Assembly (NCBI GenBank): GCA_030613245.1
Contig: JAUWMI010000003.1
Span: 65,062-129,061 of the forward strand
Reading direction: 5' to 3'
Source of the DNA: Candidatus Sumerlaeota bacterium
GTDB taxonomy: Bacteria > Sumerlaeota > Sumerlaeia > MWCT01 > JAUWMI01
Length of the DNA stretch: 64,000 bases
A program made the translations under genes and the position numbers. The notes beneath the pieces are model-generated. The model worked only from the letters and a program-made list of their open reading frames with translations. It was not told the DNA's origin and made no database searches. This document shows, piece after piece, positions 1 to 8,516 of the stretch (its first letter is position 1; the number at the start of each line of letters is the position of its first letter).

Positions 1-982
1 CTGCCAGCTTCGCAGCGATCTTGGCAATGGGGAAGCCAGTGGCCTTGGAGGCGAGAGCAGAAGAGCGCGAAACGCGGGGATTCATCTCAATGACCACGCG
101 CTCGCCGGTTCGCGGGTGCACGGCAAACTGGATGTTCGCACCGCCGGTCTCGACACCAATGGCGTTGATGATCCGCTTCGCGTCGTCACGCATGTCCTGG
201 TATTCCTTGTCTGTCAATGTTTGAATCGGCGCCACGGTAATGCTATCGCCCGTGTGAACGCCCATGGCATCCACGTTTTCGATTGAACAGATGACGACGA
301 AGTTCTCAGCGTGGTCGCGCATGACCTCGAGCTCGTATTCTTTCCAGCCGATGACGGATTGTTCGATCATGATTTCAGAGATAGGGCTGAGCGTGAGGCC
401 GCGCGTAGCGATCTCGACGAGCTCTTCGATATTATAGGCAATACCCCCACCTGTGCCACCGAGCGTAAAGGAGGGCCGAATTACGCAGGGGAAGCCGATA
501 TCGCGCACCAGCTGCTGAGCATCATTCAGCGTCGTAGCGATTACGCTTTTGGGAACCGGGATGCCAATCTCCGCCATGGTGCGTTTGAAAATGAGACGGT
601 CTTCGCTTTTTTCAATGGCGTGTACCTTGGCGCCAATGAGCTCCACGTTGAAACGGTCGAGCACGCCACGGCGGTGGAGTTCAATGGCAAGATTCAGTCC
701 GGTCTGGCCGCCCAGCGTAGGGAGCAAGGCCTTTGGTTTTTCCTTCTCGATTATTGCTTCCAGGACCTCGGGCGTAAGCGGTTCGACGTACGTGCGGTGG
801 CCGAACTCCGGGTCTGTCATGATGGTGGCGGGATTGGAATTGACGAGCACCACTTCGTAGCCGTCTTCCAATAGGGCCTTGCAGCCTTGCGTGCCCGAGT
901 AGTCAAATTCACACGCCTGGCCAATAACAATGGGGCCGGAGCCGATGATGAGGATTTTGCGAATGTCAGTACGTTTTGGCAT
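1..982 (-). CDS. carB: carbamoyl-phosphate synthase large subunit, N-terminal part (runs off window start)
   Basis: ATG at 982 reads [37 protein letters not shown]...[12 protein letters not shown], the canonical CarB N-terminus. Lies directly downstream of carA. Missing from the ORF track because no stop falls in the window. Confidence 0.97.
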   Translation of the reverse strand, partial: MPKRTDIRKILIIGSGPIVIGQACEFDYSGTQGCKALLEDGYEVVLVNSNPATIMTDPEFGHRTYVEPLTPEVLEAIIEKEKPKALLPTLGGQTGLNLAIELHRRGVLDRFNVELIGAKVHAIEKSEDRLIFKRTMAEIGIPVPKSVIATTLNDAQQLVRDIGFPCVIRPSFTLGGTGGGIAYNIEELVEIATRGLTLSPISEIMIEQSVIGWKEYELEVMRDHAENFVVICSIENVDAMGVHTGDSITVAPIQTLTDKEYQDMRDDAKRIINAIGVETGGANIQFAVHPRTGERVVIEMNPRVSRSSALASKATGFPIAKIAAKLA

Positions 983-989
983 TTAGTCG

Positions 990-1141
990 TCCGCGATGAA
1001 AGCACGTATCCGCCGCGGCGGATCGCCCTGGGCGGGGGAACCGCGCCTGAGGCGGGCAAATCCCGCCCCTACCATTACCGAATTGATAGTCCTTTAAATC
1101 AACGCAATTCTCTAATCTGAACTGAAGATTGACGAATATTG
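990..1141. repeat. composite intergenic repeat, copy 1 (tccgcgatgaaa + REP-like hairpin + ~70-bp conserved tail)
   Basis: The tail accgaattgatag...attctctaatctgaactgaagattgacgaatattg closely matches the tail of 2580-2691. Confidence 0.75.
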
Positions 1142-1158
1142 AAGAGCCTTGGTCAGCA

Positions 1159-2283
1159 TCAGGCCCTGCCGCAATGCTCCTCCACCATTTTCCGAAATCG
1201 GGCGAACAGGTAGCGTGAATCGTGAGGCCCGGGAGAGGCTTCCGGATGATATTGCACGGAGAAGGCCGGAAGTTCCTTATGACACAGGCCTTCGACGGTC
1301 TGATCATTCAAGTTCCAATGCGTGATCTGGACTTTGGAGGAGTCGAGGCTGTCGGGATCTACGCAAAAGCCGTGATTCTGGGCTGTAATTTCCACCTTCT
1401 TGGTCTCTACATCAATGACCGGATGATTGGCGCCGCGATGGCCGAATTTCAGTTTGTAGGTCTTGCCACCGAGGGCAAGGCCCAGAATCTGATGGCCAAG
1501 ACAGATACCAAAGATCGGGAACTTACCCAGAAATCTTCGCACTTCACGGATCACGTAGTCCAGTGCTTCAGGGTCGCCCGGGCCATTGGAGAGGATCACG
1601 GCAGCAGGACGGATATCTTCAACTTCGCGTGCGGTTGTTGTGGCCGGCACCACGGTAATATCGAATCCTTCAGCGCTCACCAGATTCAGGATATTGCGCT
1701 TGATGCCGAAATCGTACGCTACGATCTTGTAAATGCGGCGGTCGTCGGTGGGGAGGCGTGCTAACTTAGGCTGGAATTGATACGGCGCGTCTGGGGTTAC
1801 ATGACGCACCAGATCTTGCCCCACCATCGAAGGTGATTGCAGGGTTTTCTCGAGGAGCACATCAGGATCGAGCGTTTCCGTGGAGAGACCGGCGCGCATG
1901 GCGCCTTTCTCGCGAATGTGAAGCACCAGAGCGCGAGTGTCCACGTCTTCCAATCCTATGATGTTAAAGCGCTCGAGGTAATTCTCCAGCGATTCTTTCT
2001 TGCGCCAGTTTGAGGCCAGGGAGGCGCCCTCCTTGATGATCAGCGCAGATACTTGCGGCCTGGGCGATTCCTCGTCTTCGTCGTTAATGCCATAATTGCC
2101 AATCAAGGGATAGGTCATCACGACCATCTGGCCTTTGTAAGAGGGATCCGTGAGGATTTCCTGGTAGCCGGTCATGCTGGTGTTAAAGACGATCTCCGCA
2201 AAGACCTCACCTTCAGCGCCGAAGGCGGTTCCTTCGAAGCTGAGCCCATCTTCAAGGACGAGCTGTGCCCTTTTTTTGGCCAT
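1159..2283 (-). CDS. carA: carbamoyl-phosphate synthase small subunit
   Basis: Motifs EIVFNTSMTGYQEILTDPSY, LSNGPGDP, FGICLGHQ (catalytic Cys), QYHPEASPGPHD. Start placed at MAKKRAQLVLEDG. Confidence 0.97.
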   Translation of the reverse strand: MAKKRAQLVLEDGLSFEGTAFGAEGEVFAEIVFNTSMTGYQEILTDPSYKGQMVVMTYPLIGNYGINDEDEESPRPQVSALIIKEGASLASNWRKKESLENYLERFNIIGLEDVDTRALVLHIREKGAMRAGLSTETLDPDVLLEKTLQSPSMVGQDLVRHVTPDAPYQFQPKLARLPTDDRRIYKIVAYDFGIKRNILNLVSAEGFDITVVPATTTAREVEDIRPAAVILSNGPGDPEALDYVIREVRRFLGKFPIFGICLGHQILGLALGGKTYKLKFGHRGANHPVIDVETKKVEITAQNHGFCVDPDSLDSSKVQITHWNLNDQTVEGLCHKELPAFSVQYHPEASPGPHDSRYLFARFRKMVEEHCGRA

Positions 2284-2395
2284 TTGCTCTGGCTTTCTAT
2301 TCCATTGCCCGATTTGTTGGAGGGGACAATTAGCAACCGAGGGTGCCACTGTCAAGAAGCAAATAAGTGAAGTGTAGCAATGTGCTGTCTTTGAA

Positions 2396-2571
2396 CCCGG
2401 ATTCTGCATTAGGAAAGGCGAGGGGACCCCTTTTGAAAAAGGGTTACCCCTCGCGCTCCCCTCCGAAACCTTTTCTTACGAGCGATTTTATCCGCCTTCG
2501 CAAGGCTTCGGCGGATGAAATCACCACCTTATATTCTTGCACCTTTTTGTGATGAAGGAAGGATGCAATAG
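2396..2571 (+). mobile_element. MITE/REP-like palindromic element family A, full copy
   Basis: Hairpin gcgaggggacccctttt..aaaagggttacccctcgc plus atccgccttcg..cttcggcggat. Near-identical copy at 53557-53732; partial copies at 5523-5631 and 47647-47743. Confidence 0.8.
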
Positions 2572-2579
2572 TGAGGCCA

Positions 2580-2691
2580 TCCGCGATGAAAAATGTAGGG
2601 GCGAGGTCTCCTCGCCCCTACATTTACCCGAATGGATACCCATTTGAATTAACGCCATTCTCTGATCTGAACTGAAGGTTGACGGATCTTG
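2580..2691. repeat. composite intergenic repeat, copy 2 (contains GTAG REP tgtaggggcgaggtctcctcgcccctaca)
   Basis: Matches 990-1141 at both ends with a different central hairpin. Confidence 0.75.
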
Positions 2692-2862
2692 GGAATAATT
2701 CTTTCATTGACTGCGTGACCCCTTTTTGTAATACTTTGTAATTACCAGTAGTGAAGGGCCTTTTTCAAGCATGAAAAATGGGGCAGTGCGGCGATTCATA
2801 TGCGGGAAGTGATGTTTTTCCCATTTTCGCTTTTAGTTAAACATGCGGAGGGGGATGTTTCC

Positions 2863-3498
2863 ATGAAGGGACGCTTTCAAGAAACAATTTTAATCCTGGC
2901 TATTTTGATCTTTTGCTTTTGCTCAGAATCAATTCTGGCACAAAGTAATGCGTGGAATGTAGAGCTGGTCGGGCAAATTGGGGGAGCTTGCAATGCAGTC
3001 TTTGTCCAGAGGAATTATGCTTACATTGGCGAGGGGTCAAATCTAACAATACTGGATATAAGCGATCCATCAAACCCAGAGCCTATGGGCAAGGTTCTCC
3101 TTCCTGGTATTGTGTATGGCGTCTACGTCTCGGGGAATCATGCCTACGTGGCTGATAAGTATGAGGGCTTACGGATAGTAGATGTGAGCATACCCTCCTC
3201 GCCTCGCGAAGTCGGCTATTATGATACGCCGGGCTGGGCCAGGAGCGTGTATGTTTCCGGCAATTATGCCTACCTGGCTGACGGTTCAGGCCTGAGCATT
3301 ATTGACATCAGTAATCCCGCAGCGGCTTTTCAATGCGGGTATTATGAAACGCCGAGCGGGGCTCCACTTTACGTTGATGACATTGAAGTCTATTTGCCTC
3401 CATACGAGCTTGCACCGTCAGGAGATGTGACTGTTGCGGATCCCCGCTGGACACTGTACGAAATAGAAGTGCAGCGACTCGGAAGTTCCCTGGTGTGA
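2863..3498 (+). CDS. truncated/chimeric secreted LVIVD-repeat protein fused to the C-terminal tail of the 17302-18207 family (possible pseudogene)
   Basis: RBS ggaggggg and a signal peptide. LVIVD repeats (LTILDISDPSNP, GLRIVDVSIPSSP, GLSIIDISNP), then an abrupt switch at 3351 to PSGAPLYVDDIEVYLPPYEL...DPRWTLYE. Confidence 0.75.
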   Translation: MKGRFQETILILAILIFCFCSESILAQSNAWNVELVGQIGGACNAVFVQRNYAYIGEGSNLTILDISDPSNPEPMGKVLLPGIVYGVYVSGNHAYVADKYEGLRIVDVSIPSSPREVGYYDTPGWARSVYVSGNYAYLADGSGLSIIDISNPAAAFQCGYYETPSGAPLYVDDIEVYLPPYELAPSGDVTVADPRWTLYEIEVQRLGSSLV

Positions 3499-3630
3499 TA
3501 GCGTGATAGGAGCAATCAGACACAAGTGAAGCGGGCAGGCGAAAAACTTCAGCTCGCCCACTATTTTCTTGAATTCCTCGAATTGTCTACAGAAGAGGAA
3601 AACACAATACAATGCAGGGGAGGTGATACC

Positions 3631-5457
3631 GTGAAAGAGAAATTTGCACAACGGATGCTGCTTTTGACGCTTTTCATGCTTTGCAGCGCGTCAATTGCCC
3701 TGGCGGGATACCAGCCGGTATGGGAGGAGCACTTTAGCGGTGGAACATATGATCAGACATGGACGGATATGGTTGTAGGTGGCGACCCGGGAACTTTCAA
3801 TATCGTCAGTTCAGACGATTATTATGCGGCTGGGCTTGTTTTCCCAAACCCCAGTGGAGACAACTATGCGTTGCGTTGCGATGTCGTGTCGACCAACCAC
3901 GGAACCAGAGGCATGGTTGCTGGCAATAGTACCTGGACTGCCTACATGGTCTCCATCTATATGTTTGTGTGCATTGATGACTCGTATCGTCACGACACGT
4001 GCCTCATGGGACGTACAAACGTGAGCGCCGCAAGCTGGGGCAGTGGAGTAAAGTTCGGCTATTATACGGAGGATTGGTGGGGTATTCCGGCTCCCTGCTG
4101 GGGCATGCGTAAGAACTACGATGGGCCAGACCCGTTCACCAGCGATACCTTGGGTGATCATGGGTGGCACCGCCTGACAATGGTCTTTTCAGGCAACCAT
4201 GTTGACGCCTATCTGGACAAGTCGTACGAGGAGATTGTTAACGACATAAATGCTAGCAACCCACCCCTTCTCCAGTCTGATTACGACACAGACCCTCATC
4301 CGAGCGCAGGAGGCATTGGGTTTTATGGCGTCTATATGGATATGGTTGAAGGAGAGCCAAGCGGGGCTCCACTTTACGTTGATGACATTGAAGTCTATCT
4401 GCCGCCCTATGAGCTTCCCCCTGCGCCAACACCATCACCAACGCCCTGCCAGATTGTCTTTGACTTTATCCCGGATAGTGACGGCTGGACAACCGGAGGT
4501 GCGCCGCTTGTCTTCTCCACTCCTGAGTTTGGTTGGGAACCTGGCTATTTAAAGATGGTCTCTCAAACTAATACAAACACGTTCGGCTACTGGCAGAGCA
4601 CGCCGGGAGCAGTGCCGGTGGATGCGAATTTTCTGTATCGTGCACGCTTCAGAGTGATGACCGACATTACGGAAAAATCCGTTGTTCCGCAGATACGGTT
4701 GCGGGCAAACTCGTCGAATCTGCAGCAGTATGATTTGCTTTCGATCGAGAGTGCCGGTGATGGTGGTGCGTCACCTGCCGTGGCGGGCACGGATTACGAT
4801 CTTTATTTCGCGCCGCCTGCGAATGATGCCGACGCGCTGCTTGCATTTGACCTTGTCAATTTCAACCCTGACGATGCAGCGGTGGCTGAGCTTGCTCTGG
4901 ATAGCGTGACTGTTGATCGCTTTTCTCTTGATTCGCTCTCGACGCCGACAATTGTTTGCGATTACACTTTTGATGTGACTGCAGATGGCTGGACAACTGG
5001 TGGTGCACCGACCGTGTTCAGTCCGCCGGACTACCGGCATTCTTATGGGGCACTTGAGCTGCGGGCAACTACGAATACGAATACGTTTGGGTTCTGGGTA
5101 AACAATCCTACGGATATTATGATTGAGGCGAATCAATTGTATTGCGGGATTTTCGAAGTGCGCACGGATGTCACAAATCCTGCGCTTGTTCCGGAGATGT
5201 GGCTGCGGTTCAATGCCGGGAATTTCCAGGCCTCGGAAACCTTCGGCATCACTAGCTTTGGCGATGGGGCAAATTCACCCGGCACCACAAACACAATATA
5301 TAACCGGCTCTATTTTTTGCCGCCTGCGAGCTGCGTTGGCGAGAATCTGATCGTTTCGTTTGATATACTGAACTTCAATCCAGACGATGCAGCCGAGGCG
5401 TCGCTCTTACTCGACCGCGCAACGATTGAAGCCCTCTCAATCCCAACCGCACCCTGA
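3631..5457 (+). CDS. secreted modular protein: beta-sandwich-like domain A + Pro/Thr linker + two tandem C-terminal domains B
   Basis: RBS ggaggtg and GTG start at 3631, with a signal peptide. The N-half is paralogous to 17302-18207. The C-half (FDF..DGWTTGG..NTNTFG[YF]W, twice) is paralogous to the C-terminus of 27656-29761. Confidence 0.85.
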   Translation: MKEKFAQRMLLLTLFMLCSASIALAGYQPVWEEHFSGGTYDQTWTDMVVGGDPGTFNIVSSDDYYAAGLVFPNPSGDNYALRCDVVSTNHGTRGMVAGNSTWTAYMVSIYMFVCIDDSYRHDTCLMGRTNVSAASWGSGVKFGYYTEDWWGIPAPCWGMRKNYDGPDPFTSDTLGDHGWHRLTMVFSGNHVDAYLDKSYEEIVNDINASNPPLLQSDYDTDPHPSAGGIGFYGVYMDMVEGEPSGAPLYVDDIEVYLPPYELPPAPTPSPTPCQIVFDFIPDSDGWTTGGAPLVFSTPEFGWEPGYLKMVSQTNTNTFGYWQSTPGAVPVDANFLYRARFRVMTDITEKSVVPQIRLRANSSNLQQYDLLSIESAGDGGASPAVAGTDYDLYFAPPANDADALLAFDLVNFNPDDAAVAELALDSVTVDRFSLDSLSTPTIVCDYTFDVTADGWTTGGAPTVFSPPDYRHSYGALELRATTNTNTFGFWVNNPTDIMIEANQLYCGIFEVRTDVTNPALVPEMWLRFNAGNFQASETFGITSFGDGANSPGTTNTIYNRLYFLPPASCVGENLIVSFDILNFNPDDAAEASLLLDRATIEALSIPTAP

Positions 5458-5486
5458 CCTTCGGGAAAATCCTCATGTAATCAAAT

Positions 5487-5700
5487 GTCAGGGCGTTTAG
5501 TTAAACGCCCCTACAGACTTATGCGAGGGGACCCCTTTTGAAAAAGGGTTACCCCTCGCGCTCCCCTCCTAAACCTTTCCGTACGGGCAATTTCATCCGC
5601 CTTCGCCAGGCTTCGGCGAATGAAATCGCCACTGGCTTCTGGTTTGCCGGAGCAGATGTCTGGCCACCTGTAGGGGCACGCTGCAGCGTGCCCCTACATC
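5487..5700. repeat. cluster of REP-like palindromes including a partial family A copy (5523-5631)
   Basis: gggcgtttagttaaacgcccctaca, tgtaggggcacgctgcagcgtgcccctaca and the family A hairpins. Confidence 0.8.
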
Positions 5701-5855
5701 ATGTGAAGACAAAATGCCTTCGCGACAGCCCGCCACAGGCGGACAAGCGCGCCCTTCCCCCGGGGCTGCTGCAGCAAATGAAAAAGTGTTTTACAAACTT
5801 TGCATGCTTCTGTATGTAAGTTCGTACGTGCAGACTGGAAAAGGGGATAAGTCGG

Positions 5856-7451
5856 ATGATGCAGCGGTTTACAATATGGGTGATTGTTGGACTAGCGATG
5901 ATAGGAGTCGGTGGTGTTCATGCAGTTGAGCGAAGCGAGACCTTGATTTATAATGTCGGGACCGAGCCGGAGACGCTTGATCCCGCGCTATGCACTGGCA
6001 TTCCTGAGGCTTCGATCATTCTGAATTGTTTCGAGGGGTTGATTCGACTGGACGCGGAAGGGCGGGTGTATCCTGGTGCGGCGGAGCGTTGGGAAGAGTC
6101 AGCAGATGGCAGTACGTATACGTTCCATTTGCGCAAGGCGCGCTGGTCGAACGGTGATCCTGTGAGAGCGAGCGACTTTGTCTATGCGTGGCACCGCGTG
6201 CTGCGTCCCGGAACTGCATCCGAGTATGTTTATCAGCTCTACTATATTCGTGGGGCGCGGGACTATACCACTGGTAAGCTCGATAACCCTAGCTCTGTCG
6301 GCATCCGCGCTATTGATGGTCAGACCCTCGAAGTTCAGCTTGAGAGCCCTACTCCCTATTTTCTTTCACTTCTGGCACACACGACGTATATGCCGGTGAA
6401 CCCACGCGTTGTGGCGAATAATCCTGAGTGGGCGTTGGCTCCTAAGACGTACGTAGGCAACGGTGCGTTTCAGATGGTTGAGTGGCGGCATCACAATCGT
6501 CTGAGGTGCAGAAAAAATCCGTACTATTGGAACGCAAAAGCGGTTCGGCTGAAGGAGCTTGTATATCGCATGATTGAAGAGGAATCTACGGAATTGACGG
6601 TGTTCGAAACGGATGCCATTGACGTAACTCACACAGTGCCACTTCCAGACATTCCGCGCCTCGAGCGAACTGGCCAGCTCCAGCGCTCTCCCTACATTGG
6701 GACGTACTACGTCTGTTTCAATACTCGGAAGGCGCCGTTTGACAACCCAAACGTGCGTAAGGCATTCACGCTGGCAGTGAATCGTCAGATAATCGTAGAT
6801 AAGATCACCCGTGGTGGGCAGGTGCCGGCACGGGCGTTTGTGCCGCATGGGGTGAAGGATGCTGATGGCCGAACTGACTTTAGAACAGTGGGCGGCAACT
6901 ACTTTTCGGATAATGCAGTGAAAGAGGCGCAGACGCTGCTGGCCAAAGCCGGCTATCCTGGCGGCAAGGGCTTTCCTGTAGTCACGTATCTCTATAATAC
7001 GATGGAACAACACAAGATTATTGCTGAGGCAATGCAAGATATGTGGCGTCGGGCGCTGGGAGTCAAGGTGCGTCTTCAGAATCAGGAATGGAAAGTTGTG
7101 ATCAAGAACCGGCGCGATGGTAACTACCAGTTTGCCCGCCACGGCTGGATTGGCGACTACCTTGATCCTATGACGTTTCTCGATCTTTTCGTGACCGAAA
7201 GCGGTAACAATGACGCACAGTGGTCAAACCTGCGCTATGATGCCCTGATCCAGGAAGCAAAGCAACTGCGTGATCAAGACCGCCGGATGGCCTTGATGCA
7301 CCAGGCTGAGGCGATTCTCTTCGACGACATGCCGATTTGTCCGATCTATTATTACGTAAACCTCTACCTTCAGAAACCGTACGTTAAGAACGTCATTCGC
7401 AATCCGCTAGGATACATTGATTTCACACAGGCGTATATTGAACGTCCATAG
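5856..7451 (+). CDS. oppA: oligopeptide ABC transporter substrate-binding protein (family 5)
   Basis: EPETLDPA, FEGLIRLD, YTFHLRKARWSNGDPVRASDFVYAW, GWIGDYLDPMTFL. Confidence 0.92.
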   Translation: MMQRFTIWVIVGLAMIGVGGVHAVERSETLIYNVGTEPETLDPALCTGIPEASIILNCFEGLIRLDAEGRVYPGAAERWEESADGSTYTFHLRKARWSNGDPVRASDFVYAWHRVLRPGTASEYVYQLYYIRGARDYTTGKLDNPSSVGIRAIDGQTLEVQLESPTPYFLSLLAHTTYMPVNPRVVANNPEWALAPKTYVGNGAFQMVEWRHHNRLRCRKNPYYWNAKAVRLKELVYRMIEEESTELTVFETDAIDVTHTVPLPDIPRLERTGQLQRSPYIGTYYVCFNTRKAPFDNPNVRKAFTLAVNRQIIVDKITRGGQVPARAFVPHGVKDADGRTDFRTVGGNYFSDNAVKEAQTLLAKAGYPGGKGFPVVTYLYNTMEQHKIIAEAMQDMWRRALGVKVRLQNQEWKVVIKNRRDGNYQFARHGWIGDYLDPMTFLDLFVTESGNNDAQWSNLRYDALIQEAKQLRDQDRRMALMHQAEAILFDDMPICPIYYYVNLYLQKPYVKNVIRNPLGYIDFTQAYIERP

Positions 7452-7544
7452 GTGTGCTCTGCGGGTATTAATCATGTTGTGATGGCAAAGGTTCGTAGTG
7501 AGCAATGCCATGGGCGCTGCTTTTCTATCCGGGATGGTTGTGCG

Positions 7545-8471
7545 ATGCTGGGATACGTGCTGAAACGAGTGGGGCATCTGGTGATTGTCATCTGGATTAT
7601 TATTACGATCACGTTTGCGATGATGCATGCGATTCCCGGTGGGCCGTTTGACAGCGAGCGCTACGTGGCTGAAGAGATTCGCGCACATATCGAGGCGCGC
7701 TACAGGCTCGATGAGCCGTTGTATAAGCAGTATCTGGACTATCTGTGGCATGTGGTGCAAGGCGACCTCGGGCCGTCGCTTACCTACGAAGGCCGGCGAG
7801 TGAACGATATCATTAAAGACGGATTTCCGAAGTCGGCGCTCCTGGGCTTTATATCGGTGCTTGTTTCATTGCTGGTGGGTGTACCGATCGGCGTATATTC
7901 TGCACTCAAGCATAATCGCTGGCAGGATCATACGGTGATGCTGATGGCGATTGTTGGTGTATCGGTGCCGAGTTTTATTCTGGCCACGCTGCTGGTATAC
8001 TATTTCGGCCTGAAGTTGCAATGGCTTCCAGCAGCGGGGTGGGGGAGTGTGCAGCAGATCGTTTTGCCTGCACTGGCGTTGTCGGGCTTCTCGCTCGCCT
8101 TCATCACACGCCTGACGCGTGCCAGCATGCTAGATGTGATGGGTCAGGACTATATTCGCACGGCACAGGCGAAAGGCGTCGCGCAAGGAGTTATTCTGTT
8201 TCGCCATGCGCTGAAGAACGCCATTCTACCCGTTGTCACTTACCTCGGCCCGCTGATTGCTGCTGTATTTACCGGCAGCTTCGTGGTTGAGAAGATTTTT
8301 AGTATTCCGGGGCTCGGGCAATTCTTCGTGACGAGCGTGGCCAATCGCGACTATACCGTGATTCTCGGGGTTACGGTTTTTTATGGCACGCTACTCGTGA
8401 CCATGAACATTCTGGTTGACCTGGTCTATATGTTTCTGGATCCCCGAATCGTGTTTCACAAGCAGGATTGA
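7545..8471 (+). CDS. oppB: oligopeptide ABC transporter permease
   Basis: PGGPF, GDLGPS, DYIRTAQAKG, HALKNAILP, VEKIFSIPGLG. Confidence 0.92.
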   Translation: MLGYVLKRVGHLVIVIWIIITITFAMMHAIPGGPFDSERYVAEEIRAHIEARYRLDEPLYKQYLDYLWHVVQGDLGPSLTYEGRRVNDIIKDGFPKSALLGFISVLVSLLVGVPIGVYSALKHNRWQDHTVMLMAIVGVSVPSFILATLLVYYFGLKLQWLPAAGWGSVQQIVLPALALSGFSLAFITRLTRASMLDVMGQDYIRTAQAKGVAQGVILFRHALKNAILPVVTYLGPLIAAVFTGSFVVEKIFSIPGLGQFFVTSVANRDYTVILGVTVFYGTLLVTMNILVDLVYMFLDPRIVFHKQD

Positions 8472-8516
8472 GCTGCGCGAGAATCCGCCTTGGCAGACAG
8501 GAAGGAGCTGAACTTC

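Noticed and set aside
21..1120. Plus-strand ORFs 21-224, 311-874 and similar long antisense ORFs across the window
   Set aside because: They are shadows of well-supported opposite-strand genes (carB here), with no motifs or RBS.
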